This document shows positions 44,981 to 54,875 of a stretch of 64,000 nt of DNA, one piece after another. The position numbers and the translations under genes were made by a program. The notes beneath the pieces are model-generated. The model made no database searches, was not told the origin of the DNA, and worked only from the letters and a program-made list of their open reading frames with translations. Position 1 is the stretch's first letter, and every line of letters starts with the position of its first letter. The stretch lies in the NCBI GenBank assembly GCA_964623775.1, contig CAZUVH010000005.1, positions 1,546 through 65,545 of the forward strand. The letters run 5' to 3'. The stretch is from an uncultured Candidatus Saccharibacteria bacterium (GTDB lineage Bacteria > Patescibacteriota > Minisyncoccia > Phycocordibacterales > UBA2100).

Positions 44981-45406
44981 TTGTCATATATGAACTATGC
45001 ATTCAGGATCAATTTCGCTCTCGCGCTCGTCGTGATCGCGTTTTTCACTCTCGCGTCCTTTGCGTCGGCGCAGACGACCAACTACTACACCTCGATGAAT
45101 CCAAGCCCAGGAAGCAACCCGAGCGTGACGAATGCAATTCTACCCGGATCGACAAATATACCGACCGGTAACACGAACAATGCGGTTATTCCGGGTGTCC
45201 AAAATACCGGAACTACCCAAGTGCCCGGCGTGCCCAATACGGGCTCGACCCCTCCGGCAAGCTCAGGCCAGGTGGGCCCACAGACTCCCGGAGTTCCGAA
45301 TACCGGGGCGGGCGGCGAATCTCTCGCCACGACGATCGCACTCGCAGTATCGGCGCTACTCGCGCTCGCAGGAATCGTCACGTACCTGAGGACCAGGGAG
45401 ATGTAG
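44981..45406 (+). CDS. Secreted Pro/Thr/Gly/Asn-rich repeat protein with C-terminal TM anchor
   Basis: Signal peptide. (V/I)PGV.NTG repeats. Hydrophobic C-terminus LATTIALAVSALLALAGIV. Confidence 0.5.
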   Translation: MSYMNYAFRINFALALVVIAFFTLASFASAQTTNYYTSMNPSPGSNPSVTNAILPGSTNIPTGNTNNAVIPGVQNTGTTQVPGVPNTGSTPPASSGQVGPQTPGVPNTGAGGESLATTIALAVSALLALAGIVTYLRTREM

Positions 45407-45502
45407 TGTCTGGCAGATACAGGGAGGCCTCGCCTCCCTGTTGTGTGCCCGTATACGCACACCTTTACTAAGCCAGGGGGCTGTGATATATTCCCTCCAC
45501 AT

Positions 45503-45814
45503 ATGAGTATCAATGCAGAAGTCACAAAAACCGGCAATGAAACCGCCCTTGCGACTATTCGCAAATTTACCCGCCGCGTCCAGGGTGCCAATCTCGTTAA
45601 GACCGTCCGCGGCCAGCGATACTTCGTCCGCGACTCATCGAAAATCGTCAAAAAGAAGCGCGCACTCAAGCTCTTGAAGCGCCGCAAGGACTACAATCAG
45701 GCCGTCAAGGAAGGCAAGATCATTGAGGCAGCTCCTCGCCACAATTACCGTGAACGCCCACGAGAGGAGGCTCCACAGAAGCAGGGTCTCGAGAGCACCC
45801 CGATCGCTCGCTAG
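45503..45814 (+). CDS. rpsU: 30S ribosomal protein S21 with C-terminal extension
   Basis: IRKFTRRVQGANLVKTVRGQRYFVRDSSKIVKKKRA. Confidence 0.65.
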   Translation: MSINAEVTKTGNETALATIRKFTRRVQGANLVKTVRGQRYFVRDSSKIVKKKRALKLLKRRKDYNQAVKEGKIIEAAPRHNYRERPREEAPQKQGLESTPIAR

Positions 45815-45820
45815 TAATAA

Positions 45821-46219
45821 ATGGGCATTGATATTCGAAACACACTGAGGGGCCCAGCACCTTTCGCGAAAGGTGCTGGGCGTTTGCCGTTTGAAGAAAT
45901 CGCGAAAAAAATATTGGGATCGAAATACGAACTCTCACTGGTCATCTGTGGCGACGGTCTCGCACAGCGGATGAATCGCGAGTATCGAAAGAAAACCTAC
46001 AAGCCCAATGTGCTTTCGTTCCCCCTCTCAAAAAATGAGGGTGAAATATTTCTCAACGTCCGCTGCGCTGAGCGCGAATCGCGCACATACGGGGTGCCCC
46101 TGAAGGAGCGTCTTGCCCTCCTCTTCGTGCACGGATGCTTTCATCTCAAAGGCCTCGATCATGGCAAAAAAATGGAAGCGAAGGAACAGAGAGTCCTCAA
46201 AGCGTTCAAGCTTTCATAA
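45821..46219 (+). CDS. ybeY: Endoribonuclease YbeY
   Basis: HGCFHLKGLDH zinc-binding motif. Confidence 0.85.
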   Translation: MGIDIRNTLRGPAPFAKGAGRLPFEEIAKKILGSKYELSLVICGDGLAQRMNREYRKKTYKPNVLSFPLSKNEGEIFLNVRCAERESRTYGVPLKERLALLFVHGCFHLKGLDHGKKMEAKEQRVLKAFKLS

Positions 46220-46267
46220 AACAATCTTTTGTACTAGGATGCCTCCAGTTTCATAGAGGAGACAGCG

Positions 46268-47443
46268 GTGAAAAAGACAGCAGATGTCATCATTGTCGGC
46301 AGTAGTGGCGCTCATGGAAGTGCCGCGCTCTACCAGGCAGCGCTTATGGGAGGCGGTGTGATCGGCATTGATCAACACCCGCCCGGGCATCGACACGGCT
46401 CGTCGCATGGGCAGTCGCGTATCACCCGATTGGCTACTGCCGAAGGTACTGAGTTTACGTGGCTTGCACGACGCTCGCTGGATAATTGGAAGGCCCTGGA
46501 GGAGAAGCTCGATCTGCATCGAAAGCTCTACTTGCCCAACGGCGCTCTAATGATCGGGCAGCAGAAAAATACAACGTCGTTCCACGGCAAACAAGATTTC
46601 GTCAAAAGGACAGTACGTGTCGCCACGAAAAACGATGTACCACACCTGATATACAGCGCGGATGATCTGCGTGAGAAATATCCACTCTTTAAGGTACAGG
46701 ACGATGAGTACGCTTACTTCGAGCCGACCGGGGGTGTGCTCTTCCCCGAGGCCTGCATAGCAGCCAATCATCGGGCTGCCGTGGAATATGGCGCGACAAT
46801 CTACACCGACACCACTGTCAACGAGATCGAAGATGCAAACGGCACTGTCATTGTGCGCACATCTGCAGGAGACATGCATGCGAAAAAATGCATTGTCGCC
46901 GTTGGTCCGTACATCCATAATTTCCTGCCGAGGAAATATCACAAGTACTTCAATGTGACGCGACAGGTGATGTTCTGGTTCAAGCCGAACTCAAGCGAGT
47001 TCATGTTCCGTCCGGAACATTTCCCTGTATTCATCTGGGAGCGTCACGGCATCTATGGATTTCCCGACCTTGGTACGGGGATGATGAAGGTAGCGTCGGG
47101 CGATAAGGGCTTCGAGGTACCGATGAAATCGGCACGTCAACCCGATCCGTTTCTTCTCAAGGGAGAAATGGAAAACATGCATCGTACGTTGCTCGATTGC
47201 ATACCTGCAGCCGCAGGTTCGTCCTGGACATATGACACGTGTCTATACACCAATACACCCGACGATGGATTCGTCATTGATCGGCATCCCGACATGTACA
47301 ACGTGACGCTCGTCTCAGCCTGTTCCGGTCATGCGTTCAAGCACTCGGCCGCGATCGGCGAGATTGCGGCACGTATCGCCCTGAACAACTGGGGTAATGA
47401 CGATCCGGATTTGTCTGAATTCAATCTCACCCGATTCAGGTAA
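46268..47443 (+). CDS. FAD-dependent oxidoreductase (DAO family, sarcosine-oxidase-like)
   Basis: N-terminal dinucleotide motif DVIIVGSSGAHG. C-terminal SGHAFKHSAAIGE. Confidence 0.7.
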   Translation: MKKTADVIIVGSSGAHGSAALYQAALMGGGVIGIDQHPPGHRHGSSHGQSRITRLATAEGTEFTWLARRSLDNWKALEEKLDLHRKLYLPNGALMIGQQKNTTSFHGKQDFVKRTVRVATKNDVPHLIYSADDLREKYPLFKVQDDEYAYFEPTGGVLFPEACIAANHRAAVEYGATIYTDTTVNEIEDANGTVIVRTSAGDMHAKKCIVAVGPYIHNFLPRKYHKYFNVTRQVMFWFKPNSSEFMFRPEHFPVFIWERHGIYGFPDLGTGMMKVASGDKGFEVPMKSARQPDPFLLKGEMENMHRTLLDCIPAAAGSSWTYDTCLYTNTPDDGFVIDRHPDMYNVTLVSACSGHAFKHSAAIGEIAARIALNNWGNDDPDLSEFNLTRFR

Positions 47444-47564
47444 TATGAGGCCCGCGCCAAGCGCGGGCCTCTTTTCTTTTCCACGGCATTTTGGGATTAA
47501 AAGTCCTCTTCGAGGGCGTATAATAGAGAGTAAGAACGGCGCTGTCGCGCATGTTCGCTATACA

Positions 47565-48737
47565 ATGGCACGGCGCATTTACACAGGAATAGACATCGGC
47601 ACGTATCACATCAAAGTCGTGATCGCTGCGCCGGGCGAAAATCCTGATCTCCCGATGCAGATTCTCGGCACGGGCACTGCGAGTTCCAAGGGCATGCGAC
47701 ACGGCTATATTATTGATACAAAAGAAGCGACCAAAAGCATCCGTGAGGCGCTTGTGCGCGCATCGCAAGCCGCGAAGATCCACGTAATGAAAGCACGCGT
47801 CGCTTTGGGCGGCGTCTCGCTCGACGAGATGCGCTCGACCGGCGACGTCACACTCACCGCTTCGGGCGGTGTCGTCACCGATCGCGATATCGAACGAGCG
47901 CTCCGAGAGAGCGAGAAACGCGTAGCGTCAAAACTGACCAACCGCACCGTGATTCACACGATCCCACTCGAATACCGCGTGGACGGCAATAAGGTCTTTG
48001 GCAAACCCCAGGGCCTTCAGGGCACCAAGCTCGCCGTCGATACCCTCCTCGTCACCATGCTCTCGCAGCACCACGACGATCTCATCGAAGCCGTCGAGGG
48101 CGCGGGCGTCGAAGTGCAGGGCGTTATGGCATCCTCGCTCGCCGCCTCGCTCGTCACACTCACCAAGGCGCAGAAGACTGCAGGCGTCGTCTTGGCAAAT
48201 ATTGGCGCCGAGACGCTCTCTATTATTGTGTTCGACAACAACATCCCAATTTCGCTCAAAATCCTTCCGACCGGCTCAGGAGACATCACCAATACGATTG
48301 CGCTGCAGTTCCAGATCCCACTCACTGAGGCGGAGACCCTGAAGCGCGGCGGTGTCACTGGTAGCGATATTCCGACCAAGCGAATGCAGATGATCGTCAC
48401 GAGCCAGCTAAAAGACATGTTTTTGCTCGTCAATTCGCACCTCAAGTCGATCGGCCGCCAAAAACTCTTGCCTGCCGGCATCGTCATTACCGGCGGCGGA
48501 AGCTCGTTTGTAAATGCATCCGAGATCGCGCGAGCGGTGCTCAAGTTGCCGTCGCAGATCGGCCAGGTCGGATTCTTGCCACGCACCTCGAGCGTCGATG
48601 CTACCTGGGCCGTAGCATACGGCCTCTGCCGCTGGGCGTACGGCGAAGATCAAAACGGTGGCAAATACAGTTTTACTGAAATCTCTTCAAATCTCTTCGA
48701 GACAATCAAACAAGGGCTTCGCTCACTTCTTCCTTAA
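47565..48737 (+). CDS. ftsA: Cell division protein FtsA
   Basis: Actin-fold start IYTGIDIGTYHIKVVIA. IVITGGGS motif. Confidence 0.85.
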   Translation: MARRIYTGIDIGTYHIKVVIAAPGENPDLPMQILGTGTASSKGMRHGYIIDTKEATKSIREALVRASQAAKIHVMKARVALGGVSLDEMRSTGDVTLTASGGVVTDRDIERALRESEKRVASKLTNRTVIHTIPLEYRVDGNKVFGKPQGLQGTKLAVDTLLVTMLSQHHDDLIEAVEGAGVEVQGVMASSLAASLVTLTKAQKTAGVVLANIGAETLSIIVFDNNIPISLKILPTGSGDITNTIALQFQIPLTEAETLKRGGVTGSDIPTKRMQMIVTSQLKDMFLLVNSHLKSIGRQKLLPAGIVITGGGSSFVNASEIARAVLKLPSQIGQVGFLPRTSSVDATWAVAYGLCRWAYGEDQNGGKYSFTEISSNLFETIKQGLRSLLP

Positions 48738-48758
48738 ATAAAAAACAAACAACCGCCC

Positions 48759-49160
48759 TTACTCCGAGGACGGTTGAGATTCCCACAAAATTTTGTCGAG
48801 GATTTTTTTATAGCGATAATATTCTTTCCTCGAGCCGGCACCTGTCGCCGCAAATTCTAATACCTGCGTGGCGCAGAGCTGGAAAAGAGCCGCTGCCAAA
48901 AATTCGGTCAGCAAGACGGGGTCTATATCCTTTTTTATAATCATCTCGGGTGCGACAGCCTTAAGGTGATCTTCGGCTATGTCAAATATTGCCTGATGCA
49001 CCGTATCGAGCTTTTCCTCCAGGATGAGGGTGGCATTCTCTTTCGCATTCGGAAATTTGATGATCTCGGCCACGTTTTCCTCCACACATCTTGAGAACTG
49101 GACCTGTGTGAATCGTCCCGCGTCCTGGAATATTGTCAATTGTAAGCCCGTGCCGAGCAA
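48759..49160 (-). CDS. Hypothetical protein on the opposite strand between ftsA and ftsZ
   Basis: 133-aa helical-looking ORF in a 590-bp ftsA-ftsZ gap. Confidence 0.35.
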   Translation of the reverse strand: MLGTGLQLTIFQDAGRFTQVQFSRCVEENVAEIIKFPNAKENATLILEEKLDTVHQAIFDIAEDHLKAVAPEMIIKKDIDPVLLTEFLAAALFQLCATQVLEFAATGAGSRKEYYRYKKILDKILWESQPSSE

Positions 49161-49325
49161 AACGTCTCTATTTCGTAACCAACTGTGTTGGTTTCGAGCT
49201 CCTCGGCTCGGAAATATTAAAGCGAAGCTTTATATTTCTCTCGCCCTACGTCGCTCGTAGCGTGAAATTGAATGATGTATGTGTCAAGATTGCCGAAACC
49301 CCCTACGTGATATCATGTCCGAACT

Positions 49326-50513
49326 ATGACAAAGCAAGTGCACTCCGAAGTAGAATCGTTCGCAAGAATCCGGGTAGTTGGAGTCGGAGGCTCGGGCGGC
49401 AATGCCGTCAATCACATGGTCTCTTCGCACGTACAGGGCGTCGATTTCATCGCGGTGAACACCGATTTGCAGGATATTCACAAATCAAAAGCCAAAAGAA
49501 AAATTCATATCGGTAAGGCACTCACTCGAGGACTTGGCACCGGCATGAATCCCGAGCAAGGAAGGCAGGCAGCTGACGAGACGCGCGAGGAAATCCAGGA
49601 TGCACTCAAGGGTTCCGACATGGTCTTTATCACCTGCGGCATGGGTGGCGGCACTGGCACAGGCGCAGCACCGATCGTAGCAAAAATCGCACGCGAGATG
49701 GGTGCGCTCACCGTGGGCGTTGTCACCAAGCCCTTCAGCTTCGAAGGTGCGCAGCGCGCGCGATTGGCTGAAGCTGGTATTCTCGAATTGCGCAAAGCGG
49801 TAGACGCCGTAATCATCATCCCCAACGACAAATTACTTGCGATCGTCTCGCGTGAGACGGGTATCAAGAACGCCTTCGCGATGTGCGACGACATCTTGAA
49901 ACAAGCAGTCGAGGGCATCTCTGATCTCATCACGACGACCGGCATCATCAACGTCGACTTCGCCGATGTGCGCGCTGTCATGGCCAATGCGGGTTCGGCG
50001 CTCATGGGTATCGGCCATGCCACAGGCGAGAAACGCGCCGAAATGGCCGCTCGCGCAGCTATCAACTCGCCGCTTCTTGAAGTCTCGATCACGGGTGCAA
50101 AAGGCGTCCTCTTCTCGATCGCCGGTGGCGACGATCTGGGCATGCTCGAAGTGCAGGATGCGGCCAACGTCATCACCGAGGCTATCGATCAGGATGCAAA
50201 GGTCATCTTCGGCGCTGTCACCGACGAGACGCTCAAGAAAGGTCAGGTCCGCGTCACCGTTATCGCGACCGGATTTCCCGAAGGCAACAACGTGCGCGCC
50301 TCGCTCATTCCGAGTACTCAGCGCTACGTGACCCGCAAGGATCAGGACGTACCGCCGATCTCTCGCTCACAGCAGGAGGAGCGCAAACCGGAATTCAAGG
50401 AAAAACCAGTCGTAAAGGAGCAACCAAAACCGACGCCTCCGCCGCCAACAAAGGCAGATGAGGATGACGACGATAGCTGGGGCGGACTCCCGTCGTTCTT
50501 GCGACGAAACTAA
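49326..50513 (+). CDS. ftsZ: Cell division protein FtsZ
   Basis: GVGGSGGNAVNHM and GGGTGTGAAP tubulin signature. Confidence 0.95.
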   Translation: MTKQVHSEVESFARIRVVGVGGSGGNAVNHMVSSHVQGVDFIAVNTDLQDIHKSKAKRKIHIGKALTRGLGTGMNPEQGRQAADETREEIQDALKGSDMVFITCGMGGGTGTGAAPIVAKIAREMGALTVGVVTKPFSFEGAQRARLAEAGILELRKAVDAVIIIPNDKLLAIVSRETGIKNAFAMCDDILKQAVEGISDLITTTGIINVDFADVRAVMANAGSALMGIGHATGEKRAEMAARAAINSPLLEVSITGAKGVLFSIAGGDDLGMLEVQDAANVITEAIDQDAKVIFGAVTDETLKKGQVRVTVIATGFPEGNNVRASLIPSTQRYVTRKDQDVPPISRSQQEERKPEFKEKPVVKEQPKPTPPPPTKADEDDDDSWGGLPSFLRRN

Positions 50514-50567
50514 TCACCATATTTTTTTAGAAACGCTCCGGCTCTGCGGGGTTATAATTACTGCATC

Positions 50568-51530
50568 ATGATTGATACCTTCGAACTCGCAATTATCGGA
50601 GGCGGTCCAGCGGGGGCCGCCGCAGCCGTGTATGCCGCACGCAAGCGCCTCAAGACGATCCAGATTGTCGGCGAATGGGGCGGCCAGAGCACCGTCTCGA
50701 CCGACATCCATAATTGGATCGGCACTCCTTCGATCTCTGGCGCCGATCTTGCAAAGAATTTGCGCGAACACACGGAAAAATACAAAGGCGACTATCTGAC
50801 CGTTCTCTCGCCGATGGTAGCGACAAAGCTGGAGCCGCAAAACGACTACGTAGACGTCACGGTGTCGACCCAAGGCCGATCCGCCTCGGGCGGAAAAAAC
50901 GGCGAGGTCTACCGCGTAAAAGCGGTGATCGTCGCCACCGGTGCCAATCGCCGCAAACTCGAGATTCCAGGCGCTGCCGAGTACGATCAAAAAGGTCTCA
51001 CCTATTGCGCATCGTGCGACGGCCCGCTTTTCGCGGATCAGGACGTGGCCGTAGTCGGCGGCGGCAATGCCGCTTTCGAGACCGCACTTCAGCTGCTCGC
51101 CTACTGCAAATCGGTTTCACTTCTGAATCGCACCGAGAATTTCCGCGCCGACGAGGTCACCGTCGCCGCCGCAAAAGCCGATCCAAAGATGAAAATAATT
51201 ACAAACGCAGAGCCAACAGCCGTCGTCGGTGAACAATTTGTTACCGGCATCAAATACAAAGATGCAAAGTCCGGAAATGAAACACTGCTTCCCGTCTCCG
51301 GCATCTTCGTCGAAATCGGCCTTATCCCAAATACCGGATGGATCGGCACAGCGCTCGATATGACAGCCGTGAAGCAGATCAAAGTCGACCCTCGCACGCA
51401 GCGCACCTCGCATCCACGCGTCTGGGCTGCGGGAGATTGCTCCGACGTCCTCTACCATCAGAACAACATCTCCGCCGGCGACGCCGTCAAAGCTCTCGAG
51501 GACGTGTACATGTTTCTAAGACGTGCTTGA
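50568..51530 (+). CDS. trxB: Thioredoxin-disulfide reductase
   Basis: IIGGGPAG FAD motif. Redox CASCDG. VVGGGNAA NADPH motif. Terminator at 51603-51630. Confidence 0.9.
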   Translation: MIDTFELAIIGGGPAGAAAAVYAARKRLKTIQIVGEWGGQSTVSTDIHNWIGTPSISGADLAKNLREHTEKYKGDYLTVLSPMVATKLEPQNDYVDVTVSTQGRSASGGKNGEVYRVKAVIVATGANRRKLEIPGAAEYDQKGLTYCASCDGPLFADQDVAVVGGGNAAFETALQLLAYCKSVSLLNRTENFRADEVTVAAAKADPKMKIITNAEPTAVVGEQFVTGIKYKDAKSGNETLLPVSGIFVEIGLIPNTGWIGTALDMTAVKQIKVDPRTQRTSHPRVWAAGDCSDVLYHQNNISAGDAVKALEDVYMFLRRA

Positions 51531-51632
51531 ATTTGAACCGGTAGTATATAGGTCAAGATACAGGGGTGAGTCATACGGATCTCATGAAAGTATTCCAATA
51601 GAAAGAGCGTCCACGGGGACGCTCTTGAAGTA

Positions 51633-51956
51633 TCATTTTCGGGATGAGCCCGGAACAGCTAAACCGTTCCGAAAGAATTGCGCACCTTCTGCCTGCAGAC
51701 ACGAGTAGAGGCAAAATGGTCCGTTCAGAAGACAAATATCGAAAGCGGTCTTTTCAATTCTGTCTGCCAGTTCAGAAGCCCGCATACCTTTTGTCTCGTG
51801 CAGATAAGTCGCATGTGAGGCGCTTATGGCAATATATCCACTGCCAAACCAGAGAAGAAGAAGTGAGGCGGTTATTAAGCCCGCCCAGTCTTTTGTTCGC
51901 CACATGACGACAACTACGAGGGCGAAACAAGCAACAACAAGCAAGACTACAGTCAT
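51633..51956 (-). CDS. Possible small membrane protein
   Basis: N-terminal 2 TM. C-terminal half low-quality. Confidence 0.25.
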   Translation of the reverse strand: MTVVLLVVACFALVVVVMWRTKDWAGLITASLLLLWFGSGYIAISASHATYLHETKGMRASELADRIEKTAFDICLLNGPFCLYSCLQAEGAQFFRNGLAVPGSSRK

Positions 51957-52120
51957 GACGCAACCCCCATCTTTATCCTACTAAAATTGTACCACATAAA
52001 ATCAAACGGCGCAAGCTTTGCCATAACCGAGAAGCAACGCTTCTCGGTTTGATCGTTCTGGAACAATCGCTGTAAATAATGTAAGTTGTGAGCGGATCAT
52101 AGCTTGTAGAGGAGACCACT

Positions 52121-52690
52121 GTGGCCGATACGATCCTCCCTGAGATCGAGGTCAGCATCGACGGAGAATTTACGGGCCCGATTCCGGGCGTGTATTCCAT
52201 GATTTCCATGGGAGCCGTCGCGTACGATAAAGACGAGCGGGAAATCTCCCGTTTCAAAGTGAATCTGACGATGATCCGTGGGACGGCGTACCATCCTCGT
52301 CAACTGAGGTGGTGGGAAGAACACCCCGCTGCCTGGGAAGCCGCAAAGAAAGATCCCCTCCCGCCATGGAAAGCGATGCGGGTATTCGATACATGGCTCA
52401 AGACATTGCCCGGCCGGCCCCGACTGATCGGATGGCCGCTGCCCGTCGACTTCATGTTTTTCTACTGGTACTACTGGCGATATCTCAAAAAGGATCCGCC
52501 CTTTGGATTCGATGGAATCGACATCAAGACTTTTGCCATGTGCAAGCTCAATAAGCGGACCATGGGCGAAGTGAAGCATTCCGAGGTAAAGCAGCTCGTC
52601 GGTATGCCCCTCGTGGAGCTGCCGCACATACCTGATCAGGACGCGGAAGACCAGGCGCAAATGCACTTCAAACTCCGCGCACTTCCGTGA
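52121..52690 (+). CDS. DEDDh 3'-5' exonuclease (DnaQ/RNase T-like), GTG start
   Basis: GGAG RBS. Exo I SIDGEFTG. Exo III H....D near C-terminus. Terminator AAACCCGC-TCCG-GCGGGTTT at 52701-52728. Confidence 0.6.
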   Translation: MADTILPEIEVSIDGEFTGPIPGVYSMISMGAVAYDKDEREISRFKVNLTMIRGTAYHPRQLRWWEEHPAAWEAAKKDPLPPWKAMRVFDTWLKTLPGRPRLIGWPLPVDFMFFYWYYWRYLKKDPPFGFDGIDIKTFAMCKLNKRTMGEVKHSEVKQLVGMPLVELPHIPDQDAEDQAQMHFKLRALP

Positions 52691-53018
52691 AATCCCTTCG
52701 AAACCCGCTCCGGCGGGTTTCTTTTTTTATACTGGACTTCCCTGTCAATTATTGTCCCGCTTGATTTTGATGAAGAAAGAATGACGCGCAACTGTGCGGA
52801 ATGAGCGCTTCATGAAATTTTTTCAACTTTTTTCCCGTTGACCCATGTATATCAACCGATAAGGTGATCTCAGTATGCAAACGATTCCATTCGTGTCACC
52901 TGCATGTGCACGTGAATGGCTGCATACGCATTAGCAGCATTACCAAATCACTAAAAACATTACATGCGTAATCAAATTGCGAAATCGCAATAGTGGGTCT
53001 TGGGTACGCAACTCATTT

Positions 53019-54764
53019 ATGAGTTCAGCACAATCTGCCGTCCTTACCAAGGCGGCGAGCCTCACGGCACTCTTCAGCATCGTGGGCACTACTCTCGTGG
53101 GCGTGATTATTTCACTTTTCACGCCGTTATCAGCCTCAGCAGCGACATGGTCCAATAGTGCGATCAGCGAGCAGACCTCGCTTTTCACCGCAACGTTCGA
53201 CGCCACGCCAACAATGTACGGCGGTGACGTAGTCATCGGATTCTCGCCCGTCGTCGCAGACGCATACGAAGATCTCGCAGCGATCATCCGCTTCAACAAC
53301 GCGGGTAAGATCGATGCGCGCAATGCGGGTACGTATGTGGCGCGAACCTCGATGAGCTACACCGCAGGCGTCTCATACCGATTCCGTATGGTCGTCAACG
53401 TCCCGGCCAAGACGTATTCGGTGTTCGTCACGGGTCCGGGGCAAACCGAGGTCTCAATAGCGACGGATTACAAATTCAGAAGCGAACAAGCTGCCGCTTC
53501 ATCGCTCAAGTACCGCGCACAATACGCGTCATCAGGCGATGCAACGGTAAGTAACTTCGCAATAACGGTAAACACTTCGACTCCGGCTCCAGCACCCGCG
53601 TCGACCCCCACTCCGACTCCAACACCAACACCGACTCCTCCTGTCTCAACCAAATTCTCTGTTGGTAAGCAAGTTATTTCGACAGCGACGGTTAGTGTCC
53701 GCCAAAATCCAGCTGGTACGCTTCTTGGCACTCATCCGACAGGATCTGTAGCGACCGTGACAGGCGGGCCCATCTCAGCAGTTCTCTACGGTACGACAGT
53801 TATTTGGTGGAAACTCGACTTCACTTCAGGTGTTGATGGTTGGGTAGGCGAAGACAGACTTGCGGCATACACAGGGACACCGACTCCGACCCCTGCACCA
53901 ACGCCAACCCCGACACCCGCTCCGACACCGACTCCAACACCAACAACTTCAGGCGCGGACAGATTCGGAATTAAGCAGCTCTACCAAACGATGTCGGGCG
54001 GGAAAGATTGGACATCGAAATGGGACACTGGAACAGCGCGCTCGTTCACAGGAGTCGACCCGCAAGACGCGTGGTTTGACGCCGATCACGGAGACGCAAG
54101 TTATAAGGTGAATGGCAGCGGAGAATTCTCGATCACGGGCCAATATCCCCGCATGTACATCCATGATCCGCAGATGAACGTGGCCAATAGCTGGCGCAAC
54201 GTCGAGATGACAGTGTACGCCAAGCGCGTCTCGGACGCGGGTACTCCATGGGGAGGCATCGTGGGTATCGCGCGCACCAATCACGGCACGACCGGCAATG
54301 AGAATGTCGACAAATGCGACACACGCGGTGTCGGCGCTCGCATCCGCTATGACGGCAAAATCGACTTCGAGAAGGAGACGAGTCATCCTGCGTCAGTGCC
54401 GGTCGCAAGCAAGCAGTACTTCCAAGGAGGTCTCCCTATGAACAAGTGGATCGGTTACAAGTACGTCATTTACGACATGCCGGATGGCAACGTAAAGCTT
54501 GAGCTCTGGATCGATGAGACAGACGGCGCAAACGGCGGCTCATGGAAGAAGATCAACGAGTTCATAGACACGGGCACCAACTTCGGCCAAAACGGCACTG
54601 CCTGCAAATCAGGCGTGAATCCTGGACTTCGTTTGACCAATTCCAACAGCCGTCCCGGATCTGAATCGGGCAAACCGAACATCTCGGTCTACTGGCGATC
54701 AGACGACGTAGGTACAAACGGCCTTGTCTACAAGAAGATGAGTGTTCGTGAGATCCAACCGTAA
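53019..54764 (+). CDS. Secreted multi-domain protein: N-terminal domain, PT linker, bacterial SH3-like domain, PT linker, C-terminal beta-sandwich (lectin/glycanase-like) domain
   Basis: Signal/[32 protein letters not shown] linkers. SH3b-like ...[20 protein letters not shown]. Confidence 0.6.
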   Translation: MSSAQSAVLTKAASLTALFSIVGTTLVGVIISLFTPLSASAATWSNSAISEQTSLFTATFDATPTMYGGDVVIGFSPVVADAYEDLAAIIRFNNAGKIDARNAGTYVARTSMSYTAGVSYRFRMVVNVPAKTYSVFVTGPGQTEVSIATDYKFRSEQAAASSLKYRAQYASSGDATVSNFAITVNTSTPAPAPASTPTPTPTPTPTPPVSTKFSVGKQVISTATVSVRQNPAGTLLGTHPTGSVATVTGGPISAVLYGTTVIWWKLDFTSGVDGWVGEDRLAAYTGTPTPTPAPTPTPTPAPTPTPTPTTSGADRFGIKQLYQTMSGGKDWTSKWDTGTARSFTGVDPQDAWFDADHGDASYKVNGSGEFSITGQYPRMYIHDPQMNVANSWRNVEMTVYAKRVSDAGTPWGGIVGIARTNHGTTGNENVDKCDTRGVGARIRYDGKIDFEKETSHPASVPVASKQYFQGGLPMNKWIGYKYVIYDMPDGNVKLELWIDETDGANGGSWKKINEFIDTGTNFGQNGTACKSGVNPGLRLTNSNSRPGSESGKPNISVYWRSDDVGTNGLVYKKMSVREIQP

Positions 54765-54875
54765 GTCAATCTCGCAAACAAAAACAAAAAACGCGGGGAC
54801 CATTCCCCGCGTTTTTGTTTTGTACATACTGCGGCGTTCACCGCTACTTCACTCAAGAATCAGATAATCCTTTTT

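Noticed and set aside
52940-53323. 127-aa minus ORF
   Set aside because: Overlaps the signal-peptide region of the large secreted protein on the plus strand. No signals of its own.
53580-53950. Short ACCCCGACTCCGACACC-type nucleotide repeats
   Set aside because: They encode the in-frame PT-linker (TPTPTP) of the secreted protein. They are coding low-complexity sequence, not a mobile or CRISPR element.
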